The notes under the pieces: generated by a model | Database searches by the model: none | What the model was told of the DNA's origin: nothing | Seen by the model: only the letters and a program-made list of their open reading frames with translations | Part shown: piece after piece, positions 9,125-17,903 of the stretch | Numbering within the stretch: position 1 is the first letter of the stretch | Layout of the letters: the number at the start of each line of letters is the position of its first letter | Assembly (NCBI GenBank): GCA_963746465.1 | Contig: CAVVAY010000005.1 | Location: 297,725-361,724, forward strand | Length of the DNA stretch: 64,000 bases | Reading direction: 5' to 3' | Source: an uncultured Actinomycetota bacterium | Lineage (GTDB): Bacteria > Actinomycetota > Actinomycetes > JACCUZ01 | Made by a program: the position numbers and the translations under genes

Positions 9125-9850
9125 CTACGGCGCGTGGCCGGGAAGGCCCACCAGGGACAGGACATCTCGAAGATGGGATCCCTGCTCGCCAGGCGCCGGT
9201 ACGAGGAGCACAGGGCACCCGGCAGCAACGGCACCACCGTCGGTCATCGGGTTGTCGCCCACCATCAACGTGTCGCCCGGCGCCGTGTCCAGCAGCGAGC
9301 ACGCGGCCCGGAACACGGCCGGGTCGGGCTTGCAAGCGCCGAACTCCAACGAGAGGACCCAGGCATCCACCCAGGCGGACAGGCCCAGCCGCTCGAACAC
9401 CGGCCGCAGGTCGAAGCCGGTGTCACTCACGACGGCGACGGGGACACGGCCCAGGTGCAGCGCTCGCAGGACGTCCTCGGCGCCGGGACACAGGTCCCAG
9501 GAGGTGGGATCGACGGTCAGGTCGTAGAGAGCACCGCTGAGGCCCTCCGCGAGTCGGTCCGCGCCGGCCGCGGCATAGAGACTCGTCCACACCTGCCGAT
9601 GACGCGTGTTGTCCAGATCACGGCCCTTGGCCAGCTCTGCAGGGGTCCCGGCGGTAGCCAGCACCCGGTCCCAGACACGGCCGGCGGCCTCTGCCTCGGC
9701 CGGGACGCCGAGCTTCTCGGCAGCCCTCCGCACCAGCGCGCCGTCCTGGCCGCGGAGCCGGATCAGGGTGTCGCCGGCGTCGAACAGCACGGCTCGGACG
9801 GCCACCTCAGTCCGGCCCGGGTGCGTCGTCGGAGCGCATATCGGAGCCAC
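9125..9850 (-). CDS. HAD-superfamily hydrolase (phosphatase)
   Basis: Motif I FDAGDTL. Motif IV VGDNPMTDGG. GTG start 8 nt after the tRNA-His 3' end. An alternative internal GTG gives VAVRAVLFDAGDTL. Confidence 0.7.
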   Translation of the reverse strand: MAPICAPTTHPGRTEVAVRAVLFDAGDTLIRLRGQDGALVRRAAEKLGVPAEAEAAGRVWDRVLATAGTPAELAKGRDLDNTRHRQVWTSLYAAAGADRLAEGLSGALYDLTVDPTSWDLCPGAEDVLRALHLGRVPVAVVSDTGFDLRPVFERLGLSAWVDAWVLSLEFGACKPDPAVFRAACSLLDTAPGDTLMVGDNPMTDGGAVAAGCPVLLVPAPGEQGSHLRDVLSLVGLPGHAP

Positions 9851-9857
9851 TTCCTTC

Positions 9858-9934
9858 TGGGGTGAGTGACGGGACTTGAACCCGCGGCCCCCTGGACCAC
9901 AACCAGGTGCTCTACCAGCTGAGCTACACCCACC
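9858..9934 (-). tRNA. tRNA-His (anticodon GTG), with the extra 5' G-1 and encoded CCA
   Basis: Cloverleaf by eye: acceptor GTGGGTG/CACTCAC, anticodon loop TTGTGGT, T-arm GGTTCAAGTCC. Confidence 0.9.
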
Positions 9935-9976
9935 ATGTGCGCCGCTTCCGCGGCTGGGGAATCATACAGGGGTCGT

Positions 9977-10591
9977 TCAGGCCTCCGGTGCCAGCACGAA
10001 CTGGGCCGCCAGCGCCTTCACGGCCTCGGAGTCCGGGCCGGGCTGAGGCACGAAGATCGCCTGCCGGTAGAACTTGAGCTCCTCGATGCTCTCCCGGATG
10101 TCGGCGAGGGCCCGGTGTCCGCCGTGCTTGGCGGGGGAGTTGAAGTACACCCGCGGGAACCAGCGGCGGACCAGCTCCTTGATCGAGGACACGTCGACCA
10201 ACCGGTAGTGCAGGTGGTCGTCCAGGTTGCGCATGTCCCGGTTGAGGAAGCCCCGGTCGACGTAGACCGTGTTGCCGGCCAGCGGGGCCTTGCGCGCCAC
10301 CGGGACGAACTCGCGCACGTAGGCCAGCACCTGCTCCTCGGCCTCGGCCAGCGTGATCCCGCTCGCCAGCTCGGTCAGCAGACCGGAGCTGGTGTGCATG
10401 TCGCGCACCACCTCGGGCATCTCGTCCAGCGCCTCCTGCGGCGGCTTGATGACGACGTCCACCCCGGTGCCGAGGATGTTGAGCTCGGAGTCGGTGACGA
10501 GGGCGGCCACCTCGACCAGAGCGTCCCGGCCGAGGTCCAGGCCGGTCATCTCGCAGTCGATCCAGACCATCTTGTCGTTGCGCTCCGTCAT
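9977..10591 (-). CDS. orn: Oligoribonuclease
   Basis: MTERNDKMVWIDCEMTGLD...HRALADIRESIEEL, a DEDDh exonuclease. ATG at 10591. Confidence 0.9.
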   Translation of the reverse strand: MTERNDKMVWIDCEMTGLDLGRDALVEVAALVTDSELNILGTGVDVVIKPPQEALDEMPEVVRDMHTSSGLLTELASGITLAEAEEQVLAYVREFVPVARKAPLAGNTVYVDRGFLNRDMRNLDDHLHYRLVDVSSIKELVRRWFPRVYFNSPAKHGGHRALADIRESIEELKFYRQAIFVPQPGPDSEAVKALAAQFVLAPEA

Positions 10592-10663
10592 GGCGGTCAC
10601 CCTAGAGGCCGAGGGAGACGGACAGTCGGGCACCTGTTCACTCGCGCCTGAATTCAGCCGCGG

Positions 10664-11026
10664 ATGTATGGTCGAGCGGTGAGCTCGATCCCGTCGTACG
10701 CCGACACCCTCGCGGTCCTGGACCGGGTGGGCCGTGCGCTCTCCGACGGCACCCGGCGCCGGATCCTGCTCCGGCTCGCCGAGGCGCCGGCGTACCCCGC
10801 TGATCTGGCCGCCCACCTCGGGGCCAGCCGGCCGGCGGTGTCCAACCACCTGGCCTGCCTTCGTGACTGCGGCCTGGTCATCGCCGACGCCGAAGGCCGA
10901 CGGGTGCGCTACCGGCTGGCCGACGACCGGCTCGCGCACGCGCTGCTCGACCTGGCCGGGCTGCGCCTGCATCCGGCGCCGGGACACCGCGCCGCGGTCG
11001 ACGGGGCCGAGGTGCTGGCCGGATGA
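10664..11026 (+). CDS. ArsR/SmtB family metal-responsive transcriptional repressor
   Basis: Winged-HTH region (LSDGTRRRILLRLAE...PADLAAHLGASRPAVSNHLACLRDCGLV) with metal-binding Cys residues. Confidence 0.75.
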   Translation: MYGRAVSSIPSYADTLAVLDRVGRALSDGTRRRILLRLAEAPAYPADLAAHLGASRPAVSNHLACLRDCGLVIADAEGRRVRYRLADDRLAHALLDLAGLRLHPAPGHRAAVDGAEVLAG

Positions 11027-11673
11027 GCATCGGTACGCCGGTTCCCGCGGCACCCCTGGACCGGCCGCAGGCCCTGCGCCGGGCCCGGCTGCTCAACCGA
11101 CTGACCATCGGCTGGAACGTCGTCGAGGCAGTGGTGGCGCTCGCGGCCGGAGTGGCGGCCGGTTCCCTCGGGCTGGTCGCGTTCGGGCTGGACTCCTGCG
11201 TCGAGGTGTCCGGCGCGCTGGTGCTCGCCTGGCGGCTGGCCCGCGAGGAGCGCACCGGCTGCACGCAACCCGACGACCGGAAGGCCACCCGGGCCCTCGC
11301 GCTCTGCTTCTTCGCGCTCGCCGGCTGGGTGTCGGTCAACGCGGTCGTCGACCTGGTGGGCGGACACGAGCCGCAGGTCAGCGCGGTCGGCATCGCGGTC
11401 ACCTCGCTGTCGCTGCTCACGATGCCGGTGCTCGCCCGGGCGAAGCGGCGGCTCGCGCCGGTGCTGGGGTCCCGGGCGCAGGAGCGCGAGGCCAGTCAGA
11501 CCCGGCTCTGCGCCGTGCTGTCCGGAGTGGTGCTGGGCGGGCTGCTGCTCAACGCGACCCTGGGTTGGTGGTGGGCCGACCCGGTGGCTGCCCTGGTGGT
11601 GGCCGTGCTCGCCGCCGTTGAGGGTGCGCGCAGCTGGCGGGCCGACTCGCTGGCCGACACCTGCTGCCTCTGA
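11023..11673 (+). CDS. Cation diffusion facilitator-like membrane protein (transmembrane domain only)
   Basis: Six hydrophobic helices with a CDF-like N-terminus (LTIGWNVVEAVVALAAG...DSCVE). Overlaps the ArsR stop, so likely a co-operonic metal efflux pair. Confidence 0.55.
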   Translation: MSIGTPVPAAPLDRPQALRRARLLNRLTIGWNVVEAVVALAAGVAAGSLGLVAFGLDSCVEVSGALVLAWRLAREERTGCTQPDDRKATRALALCFFALAGWVSVNAVVDLVGGHEPQVSAVGIAVTSLSLLTMPVLARAKRRLAPVLGSRAQEREASQTRLCAVLSGVVLGGLLLNATLGWWWADPVAALVVAVLAAVEGARSWRADSLADTCCL

Positions 11674-11837
11674 GTGGGGCCTGGGACGACGCTCCGTCTC
11701 GCCGCTTCCGCGCCTGGTGGGACCAGTGTTACTGCCAGTGACAAGTTATTACCTGATCGTGACTGAGGGCCGCAGGTCAACGGCTGTCCACGGGAGCACC
11801 ATGAGGAGCAGGGACCGCGAGCGATCGGGGGATCGAG

Positions 11838-12146
11838 ATGGCGGCACGGGTCCGCAAGGACCGCCTCGAGGTGCAGAAGAGCTCGGCACCCGAGGTCGTG
11901 CACCACGACGTGCCGGCACCCCCCGCCGACAGCACCGACCTGCCGTACGTGGAGCCCGAGGAGTACGGAATCCGGGTGAACTTGCAGTCCGAGGCGGTCC
12001 GGATCGAGGCCGCCGAGTTCCTGCTGGCCACCCGGGTGCAGGAGGCGTCACGCCGACGGCTGTCCCGGGTCATGGCGCGGATGCGCGACCAGGTGCGCAC
12101 CGACCGCACCGACCGCCCCACCGACACCGAGGGCACCGGCGCCTGA
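11838..12146 (+). CDS. Hypothetical protein
   Basis: ATG preceded by GGGGGA 5 nt upstream. Charged, non-repetitive sequence. No domain recognised. Confidence 0.3.
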   Translation: MAARVRKDRLEVQKSSAPEVVHHDVPAPPADSTDLPYVEPEEYGIRVNLQSEAVRIEAAEFLLATRVQEASRRRLSRVMARMRDQVRTDRTDRPTDTEGTGA

Positions 12147-12168
12147 GGCCGCTCCGCGCGGCTCTTCG

Positions 12169-12244
12169 TGGTGCGCCCGGCAGGGATCGAACCTGCGACC
12201 AACTGCTTAGAAGGCAGTCGCTCTATCCGCTGAGCTACGGGCGC
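12169..12244 (-). tRNA. tRNA-Arg (anticodon TCT), CCA encoded
   Basis: Acceptor GCGCCCG/CGGGCGC, anticodon loop CTTCTAA, T-arm GGTTCGATCC. Confidence 0.9.
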
Positions 12245-12314
12245 GCGAGGCCCGACCAACGGTAGCGGGCCCGCGTGTTCCGGCGTCCCGAACCGGCATC
12301 GGTGAGGTCGTGGG

Positions 12315-13712
12315 CTACCAGGTGCTGGGCTTGCCCTTCTGGAACAGCCAGGCGTCGAAGAAGGCTGTCAGGTCGCTGCCGGAGTACGTCGTCGCGTACG
12401 CCGTGAACTCCTGCACCGTCGCGTTGCCGTACTTCTTGCTCGCGTGCCAGTCGCGAAGCATCGGGAAGAACAACTCGTCGCCGAGCCTGACCCGCAGTGC
12501 CTGCAGGGCCATGGCGCCCCGCACGTAGATCGAGTCCGCGAACATGGTCTCGGCGCCTCGCGGGTTGCCCGGCGGAGGGCGCCAGATCGGGGACGTGGCC
12601 TTCTTGGCGTAGTAGCGGTTGAAGAACGACTGCGCAGAGCGCTTGCCGACGTGCTCGCTCCAGACCCAGGAGGCGAACTCGGCGAAGCCTTCGTTGACCC
12701 AGATGTCGCGCCAGCGGCTCAGCGTGACCGAGTCGCCGAACCACATGTGCGCCAGCTCGTGGGCGACGGTCAGCTCACCAGGTGGCCGGTCGTAGAGCGG
12801 CTTGGTCTGCGTCTCCAGCGCGTAGCCCACCTTCTTCGCGTCGTCGACCACGGCACCCGTCGAACCGAAGGGGTACGGGCCGAACAGGCCCGCGAAGTAG
12901 TCGGTCATCGCCGGCACCTTGCGGAGCACGGCGCGGCTCTTGGCGGCGACCTTGGGATCGGTGGCGATGTAGAAGGGGACTCCGCCCGCGGTCGTGCCGG
13001 TGCGGACCCGGAAGACCCCGGTGGTCACGGTGGCGAGGTAGGTCGCCATCGGGCGTCCGCTGTGCCAGCGGAAGGTGCGCCAGCCGTTGCGACGAGAGGT
13101 CGTGCCGCGCAGCTCGCCGTTGGCCACCGCGGTGATGCCGGCCGGGACGGTGACCCGGAAGTCGAACAGCGCCTTGTCGCGGGGTGTGTCGTTGCACGGG
13201 AACCAGGTCGGGGCGCCCTGCGGCTCGCCGACGACGAAGGCACCGTCCGCCGTCGCGACCCAGCCGTCCAGCGAGCCGTCGGGGTCGGTCAGGGCCCGTG
13301 GTCGCCCGGCGTAGCGCACCACGGTCAGGAAGCGGTGACCATCGCGCACCGGGGTCGCCGGGGTCACCACCAGGTCGTGGCCGTGGGTGCCCCGCTGGGT
13401 GAACGTCGCCGGCTGCCCGTCCACGGAGACCGCAGAGACCCGCATCGGTCGACGGAGGTCGAGGTGGAACGTGCGCAGGCGGGTGGTGGCGGTCGCAGTG
13501 ACTGCCGCGCGCCCGGCCAGGTGGCGCCGCACCGGGTCGTAGCGCAGGGACAGGCCGTAGTGGGCCACGTCGTAGCCGACGTTGCCCTGCCGCGGGAAGT
13601 AGGGGTCGCCGGCACCGGAGGGCCGACCGGCGGCCGATGCCGGAGTGACGGTGGCCGCGAGGGCGACGAGTGCCAAGGTCAGGCCGGCCGGCCGGTTCAT
13701 CGACGTACGCAC
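12315..13712 (-). CDS. Secreted M1-family zinc metallopeptidase
   Basis: Signal peptide (LTLALVALAATVTPASA). HELAHMWFGD zinc motif. Downstream Glu. NEGFAEF. Confidence 0.8.
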   Translation of the reverse strand: MRTSMNRPAGLTLALVALAATVTPASAAGRPSGAGDPYFPRQGNVGYDVAHYGLSLRYDPVRRHLAGRAAVTATATTRLRTFHLDLRRPMRVSAVSVDGQPATFTQRGTHGHDLVVTPATPVRDGHRFLTVVRYAGRPRALTDPDGSLDGWVATADGAFVVGEPQGAPTWFPCNDTPRDKALFDFRVTVPAGITAVANGELRGTTSRRNGWRTFRWHSGRPMATYLATVTTGVFRVRTGTTAGGVPFYIATDPKVAAKSRAVLRKVPAMTDYFAGLFGPYPFGSTGAVVDDAKKVGYALETQTKPLYDRPPGELTVAHELAHMWFGDSVTLSRWRDIWVNEGFAEFASWVWSEHVGKRSAQSFFNRYYAKKATSPIWRPPPGNPRGAETMFADSIYVRGAMALQALRVRLGDELFFPMLRDWHASKKYGNATVQEFTAYATTYSGSDLTAFFDAWLFQKGKPSTW

Positions 13713-13787
13713 GAGTCGTTCCTCCTGGTCGGGACGGACGGGCGGACGCTACTCCCGCCGTCTGCGGCGCGCCGGTGATCGTCACTA

Positions 13788-15518
13788 GTGGCCCGGGGAA
13801 GCCCGCGCTGGGCGAGGATTGGCCACGTGGCCCCAGGCGCCGGACCCGATGCGCTGCTCGTCGCCCTCGAAGGGCTCGGCGAGCAGGTCGCTGAGCTGCG
13901 CCTGCCGCTGCCCATCGCCGGGGCCGAGCCGGCCCGCCAGCTGCGCCGCGAGATCGCCGACCAGCTCGACGACTACGTGCTCCCGCGGCTGCGCCGGCTC
14001 GACGCCCCGTTGCTGGCCGTGGTCGGGGGTCCGACCGGGGCCGGGAAGTCGACCCTGGTCAACAGCCTGGTCGGTAAGCGGGTCAGCGCCTCGGGGGTCC
14101 TCCGCCCGACGACCCGGTCCGCCGTGCTGGCCTACCACCCGGGCGACAACGCGTGGTTCGAGCAGCCGCGCGTCCTGCCGAGCCTCACCCGGACCACTTT
14201 GGCATCGACCGACCCCACGACCCTGCAGCTGGTGCCCAGCGACGGCATCCCGGCCGGGCTGGCCGTGCTCGACGCGCCGGACATCGACTCCGTGGTCACC
14301 CGCAACCGCGAGCTGGCGACCCAGCTGCTCGCGGCGGCGGACATGTGGCTGTTCGTCACCACCGCGGCGCGCTACGCCGACGCCGTGCCATGGGAGTTCC
14401 TGCGAGCGGCTGTCACCCGGGGCACCGCGGTCGCGGTCGTCCTGGACCGGGTGCCGCCGGAGGCCACCACGGAGGTCCGTGCCCACCTGGCCGGCATGCT
14501 GACCGAGCACGGCCTGGGCGACGCACCGTTGTTCGTCGTACCGGAGACCACGGCGTACGACGCCATGCTGCCGGCTGCGGTCGTCGACCCGATCCGCAGC
14601 TGGCTGCACGCGATCGCCGGCGACTCAGGTGTGCGCGGCGCTGTGGTCCGGCACACCCTGGACGGTGCGGTGCGCTCGCTGGCCGCCCGGGTGTTCGTGC
14701 TGGCCGCCGCCGCCGACGCCCAGGCCGAGGCCGTGGTCCGCCTCGAGCGCGAGGTCGAGTCGGCGTACGACGCCGCACTGGCCCAGGTCGACGAGGCCAG
14801 CAGCGACGGGTCCCTGCTGCGCGGCGAGGTGCTCGCCCGGTGGCAGGAGTTCGTCGGCACCGGCGAGATGATGCGCGCCCTGGAGTCCAAGGTCGCCCGG
14901 CTCCGCGACCGGGTGACCGCGGCCGTCCAGGGCAAGCCGGCTCCCGGCCAGGACCTCGCCGAGGCTCTCGAGTCAGGCGTCGAGGCGCTGGTCCGCTCGG
15001 CCGCCGACACCGCTGCCGAGCGGGCCGGGACGGTGTGGGCCGCCGACCCGGCCGGCGCTGCGCTGCTCGGCGACGAGGACCTGCGCCGTAGCTCGCCGGG
15101 GCTCGCCGCGGCGACCGAGCGGGCCGTGCGCGAGTGGCAGGACGGCGTGCTCGAGATGGTCCGCACCCAGGGCCAGAGCAAGCGCACGACGGCGCGCTAC
15201 CTGGCCCTTGGCGTCAACGGGGTCGGGCTGATGCTGATGATCGTGGTCTTCGCGCACACCGGCGGCCTGGTGGCGGGCGAGATAGCCGTGGCCGGCGGCG
15301 CGTCGGCGGTGAGCCAGAAGATCCTCGAGGCGATGCTCGGCGACCAGGCCGTCCGGTCGCTGGCCGAGCAGGCGCGGCGCGACCTGCACCGCCGGGTGAC
15401 CGAGCTGCTCGAGGCCGAGCGGCGCCGGTTCACCGACCGGCTGGGGCCGGTCGGCGTGCACGAGTTCGCCGGCGCATCGCTGCGCGCGGCCGTCGAGGAC
15501 GTCGAGGCCGCCAGATGA
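13788..15518 (+). CDS. Dynamin-like GTPase, cytosolic partner (DynA-like)
   Basis: P-loop GGPTGAGKSTLVNSLVG. DAPDID (G3). Long coiled-coil C-terminal region. First gene of a pair. Confidence 0.7.
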   Translation: MARGSPRWARIGHVAPGAGPDALLVALEGLGEQVAELRLPLPIAGAEPARQLRREIADQLDDYVLPRLRRLDAPLLAVVGGPTGAGKSTLVNSLVGKRVSASGVLRPTTRSAVLAYHPGDNAWFEQPRVLPSLTRTTLASTDPTTLQLVPSDGIPAGLAVLDAPDIDSVVTRNRELATQLLAAADMWLFVTTAARYADAVPWEFLRAAVTRGTAVAVVLDRVPPEATTEVRAHLAGMLTEHGLGDAPLFVVPETTAYDAMLPAAVVDPIRSWLHAIAGDSGVRGAVVRHTLDGAVRSLAARVFVLAAAADAQAEAVVRLEREVESAYDAALAQVDEASSDGSLLRGEVLARWQEFVGTGEMMRALESKVARLRDRVTAAVQGKPAPGQDLAEALESGVEALVRSAADTAAERAGTVWAADPAGAALLGDEDLRRSSPGLAAATERAVREWQDGVLEMVRTQGQSKRTTARYLALGVNGVGLMLMIVVFAHTGGLVAGEIAVAGGASAVSQKILEAMLGDQAVRSLAEQARRDLHRRVTELLEAERRRFTDRLGPVGVHEFAGASLRAAVEDVEAAR

Positions 15519-15570
15519 GTCCCTCCCCACGAAACCACTCGCTGCGCTCGCGCTTACGCGGGGACCCCGA

Positions 15571-17220
15571 ATGATGGCGCGGCTGCGCGGGCGGCACCGT
15601 CGGGCCGACCTTCCCGGGATGCTTGCCGCGCTCGACGAGGCGGTCGAGGCTCTCGACGGACGGGTCGCCGAGCCGGCGCTGCTCGACCGTGCCCGTGCGG
15701 TCTCGACCCGCGCGGGGGAGCGGCTGCGGCTGTCCGGCGAGCACACGGTGGTCGCCCTGGCCGGGTCCACCGGCAGCGGCAAGTCCTCGCTGTTCAACGT
15801 GCTGTCCGGGGAGGAGTTCTCGCCGGTCGGCGTCCGCCGGCCCACGACGTCGAAGGCCTACGCCAGTGTCTGGGGCTCGGAGGGGGCGGCCCCGCTGGTC
15901 CAGTGGCTCGGCGTGCCGCGGCGGCAGACCACCTGGCGGCACGGTCCGGGACTGCGGGACGAGGAGCTCGGTGACCTCGACGGCCTGGTGCTGCTCGACC
16001 TCCCCGACCACGACTCGAACGTCGTCGAGCACCAGCACGAGGTCGACCGGCTGGTCGAGCTCGTCGACCTGCTGGTGTGGGTGGTCGACCCGCAGAAGTA
16101 CGCCGACCAGCTGCTGCACGAGCGCTACCTGCGGCGGCTCACCGGCCACCAGGCGGTCACGGTCGTCGTCCTCAACCAGATCGACACGGTGAACCCGTTC
16201 GCTGCCGCCGAGTGTGCCGAGGACCTCCGGCGGCTGCTCGACGACGACGGGCTGCGGCGCTCCCCGGTGCTCACGACCTCGGCCCGCACCGGTGCCGGCA
16301 TTGACGGGCTCCGCGCGCTGCTCGCCGATGCGGTCTCGGTGCGCCGGGCGCGCAACGACCGTCTGGTCGCCGACATCGAGGAGGTCGTCGACTCGCTGAT
16401 GCCGGCCGTCTCGGCCGACGAGCCCACGGGGGTCGCCTCGGGCGAGCGCAGCCGACTGGTCGAGGCACTGTCGACCTCGGCCGGTGTTCCCGTGATCGGC
16501 GCGGCCGTGGAGGAGTCCTGGCAGCTGCGGGCGGGTGGCCTGCTCGGCTGGCCACCCACCCGTTGGGTGCAGCGCCTGCGCCCAGACCCGCTTCGTCGCC
16601 TGCATCTCAAGGGCGATGCCAAGAGGCAGGTGCGCTCGGTGATGGTGCGCTCGTCGGTCCCCGAGCCCACTCCGGTGCAGCGGGCACAGGTCGACACCGC
16701 GCTGCGACAGGCCTGCGACGCGGTGTCGAGCGACCTGCCGCCGGCGTGGCAGCGGGCCGTCCGCGGCGCTGCGGACGGGCGGTCGGCCGACGTGCGTGAC
16801 CGGCTCGACCAGGCCGTCGTCAGCACCGACCTGGGCATCGACCGGGTACCCCTGTGGTGGCGCGCCGGGGGCGCGCTGCAGTGGCTGCTCACCGCCGCGG
16901 CGGTCGTCGGTGGGCTCTGGCTGCTCGCGCTTGCCTTCGGTTCCTACCTGCGGCTGCCGGACCCGCCGACACCCGACGTGGCCGGCTTCGCGCTGCCCAG
17001 CCTGCTGTTCGTGGGCGGGGTGCTGCTCGGGCTGGTGCTCAGCCTCGCGGGCCGGTTGCTCGTGCGCGGCGGTGCCGTGGCCCGTCGGAAGCGGGCCGAG
17101 TCCCGGCTACGAGCAGGCATCGAGAAGGTCGCCGACGAGCTGATGCTGGAACCCGTTGCCGCCGAGCTGGACCGGCACGCCCGGGCGCGGGTCGCGCTGG
17201 ACCGGGCTCGCACCGGCTGA
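15571..17220 (+). CDS. Dynamin-like GTPase, membrane-anchored partner (DynB-like)
   Basis: P-loop GSTGSGKSSLFNVLSG. DLPDHD. Two C-terminal TM helices (LQWLLTAAAVVGGLWLLALAF; LLFVGGVLLGLVLSLAG). Confidence 0.7.
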   Translation: MMARLRGRHRRADLPGMLAALDEAVEALDGRVAEPALLDRARAVSTRAGERLRLSGEHTVVALAGSTGSGKSSLFNVLSGEEFSPVGVRRPTTSKAYASVWGSEGAAPLVQWLGVPRRQTTWRHGPGLRDEELGDLDGLVLLDLPDHDSNVVEHQHEVDRLVELVDLLVWVVDPQKYADQLLHERYLRRLTGHQAVTVVVLNQIDTVNPFAAAECAEDLRRLLDDDGLRRSPVLTTSARTGAGIDGLRALLADAVSVRRARNDRLVADIEEVVDSLMPAVSADEPTGVASGERSRLVEALSTSAGVPVIGAAVEESWQLRAGGLLGWPPTRWVQRLRPDPLRRLHLKGDAKRQVRSVMVRSSVPEPTPVQRAQVDTALRQACDAVSSDLPPAWQRAVRGAADGRSADVRDRLDQAVVSTDLGIDRVPLWWRAGGALQWLLTAAAVVGGLWLLALAFGSYLRLPDPPTPDVAGFALPSLLFVGGVLLGLVLSLAGRLLVRGGAVARRKRAESRLRAGIEKVADELMLEPVAAELDRHARARVALDRARTG

Positions 17221-17370
17221 GGCGGCACGGCACCCTCCGGTTCTCCACAGCCGGCGGTCGCGGACCGGTCGTCCCCAGAACACCTGGGACCTCTGGTGGT
17301 GACCGATCGTGCACTCCATCGTCGTCGTACGCGCGGCGGGTGGCCGCGCTGGACACCTGAGGAGTGCGGA

Positions 17371-17844
17371 ATGAACGAGACGGTGCTGACCGTGGTGGGG
17401 AACGTCGCGAGCGAGCCACAGCTGCGGGTCACGACGACCGGCGCCCGGGTGGGGAGCTTCCGGCTTGCCGTCACCGAGCGGCGCTTCGACAAGGGACTGT
17501 CCGCCTGGCGCGACGGCGAGACCTTCTTCTGGAGCGTGTCGTGCTGGCGGTCGGCAGCCGAGAACGTCGTCGACTCGCTGGAGAAGGGCCAGCCGGTGGT
17601 GGTCCACGGCAGGTTCCGGCACCGCAGCTTCGAGCAGGACGGCGTGCAGCGCTGTGCCCTCGAGATCGACGCGATCACGGTGGGCCACGACCTCACCCGG
17701 GGTGTGGGCACGTTCACCAAGGCGACCGGGCCACGTCGTGAGGAGTTCGTCGAGCCGGACCCCACCGCCGTTCCGCCGCTGCCGGGCGACGAGCGACTGG
17801 TGCTGGCCGAGGCGGGACAGGAGGGCGGCAGCAGCGCCGCCTGA
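17371..17844 (+). CDS. ssb: Single-stranded DNA-binding protein paralog
   Basis: OB-fold N-terminus (MNETVLTVVGNVASEPQLRVTTTGARVGSFRLAV...FFWSVSCWRSAAENV). GGAGTG RBS. Confidence 0.8.
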   Translation: MNETVLTVVGNVASEPQLRVTTTGARVGSFRLAVTERRFDKGLSAWRDGETFFWSVSCWRSAAENVVDSLEKGQPVVVHGRFRHRSFEQDGVQRCALEIDAITVGHDLTRGVGTFTKATGPRREEFVEPDPTAVPPLPGDERLVLAEAGQEGGSSAA

Positions 17845-17903
17845 GGCTGCCGACAGATCCCGGCGGTCGGGAGGACCCTCTTGCGCCGACTAGGCTTGTC
17901 GGC

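Noticed and set aside
9858-12244. tRNA-His and tRNA-Arg as possible integration sites of a genomic island
   Set aside because: No integrase, no direct repeat of the tRNA 3' end, no GC-content shift and no phage or transposon genes were found nearby. The flanking genes (orn, ArsR-CDF, an M1 peptidase) look chromosomal.
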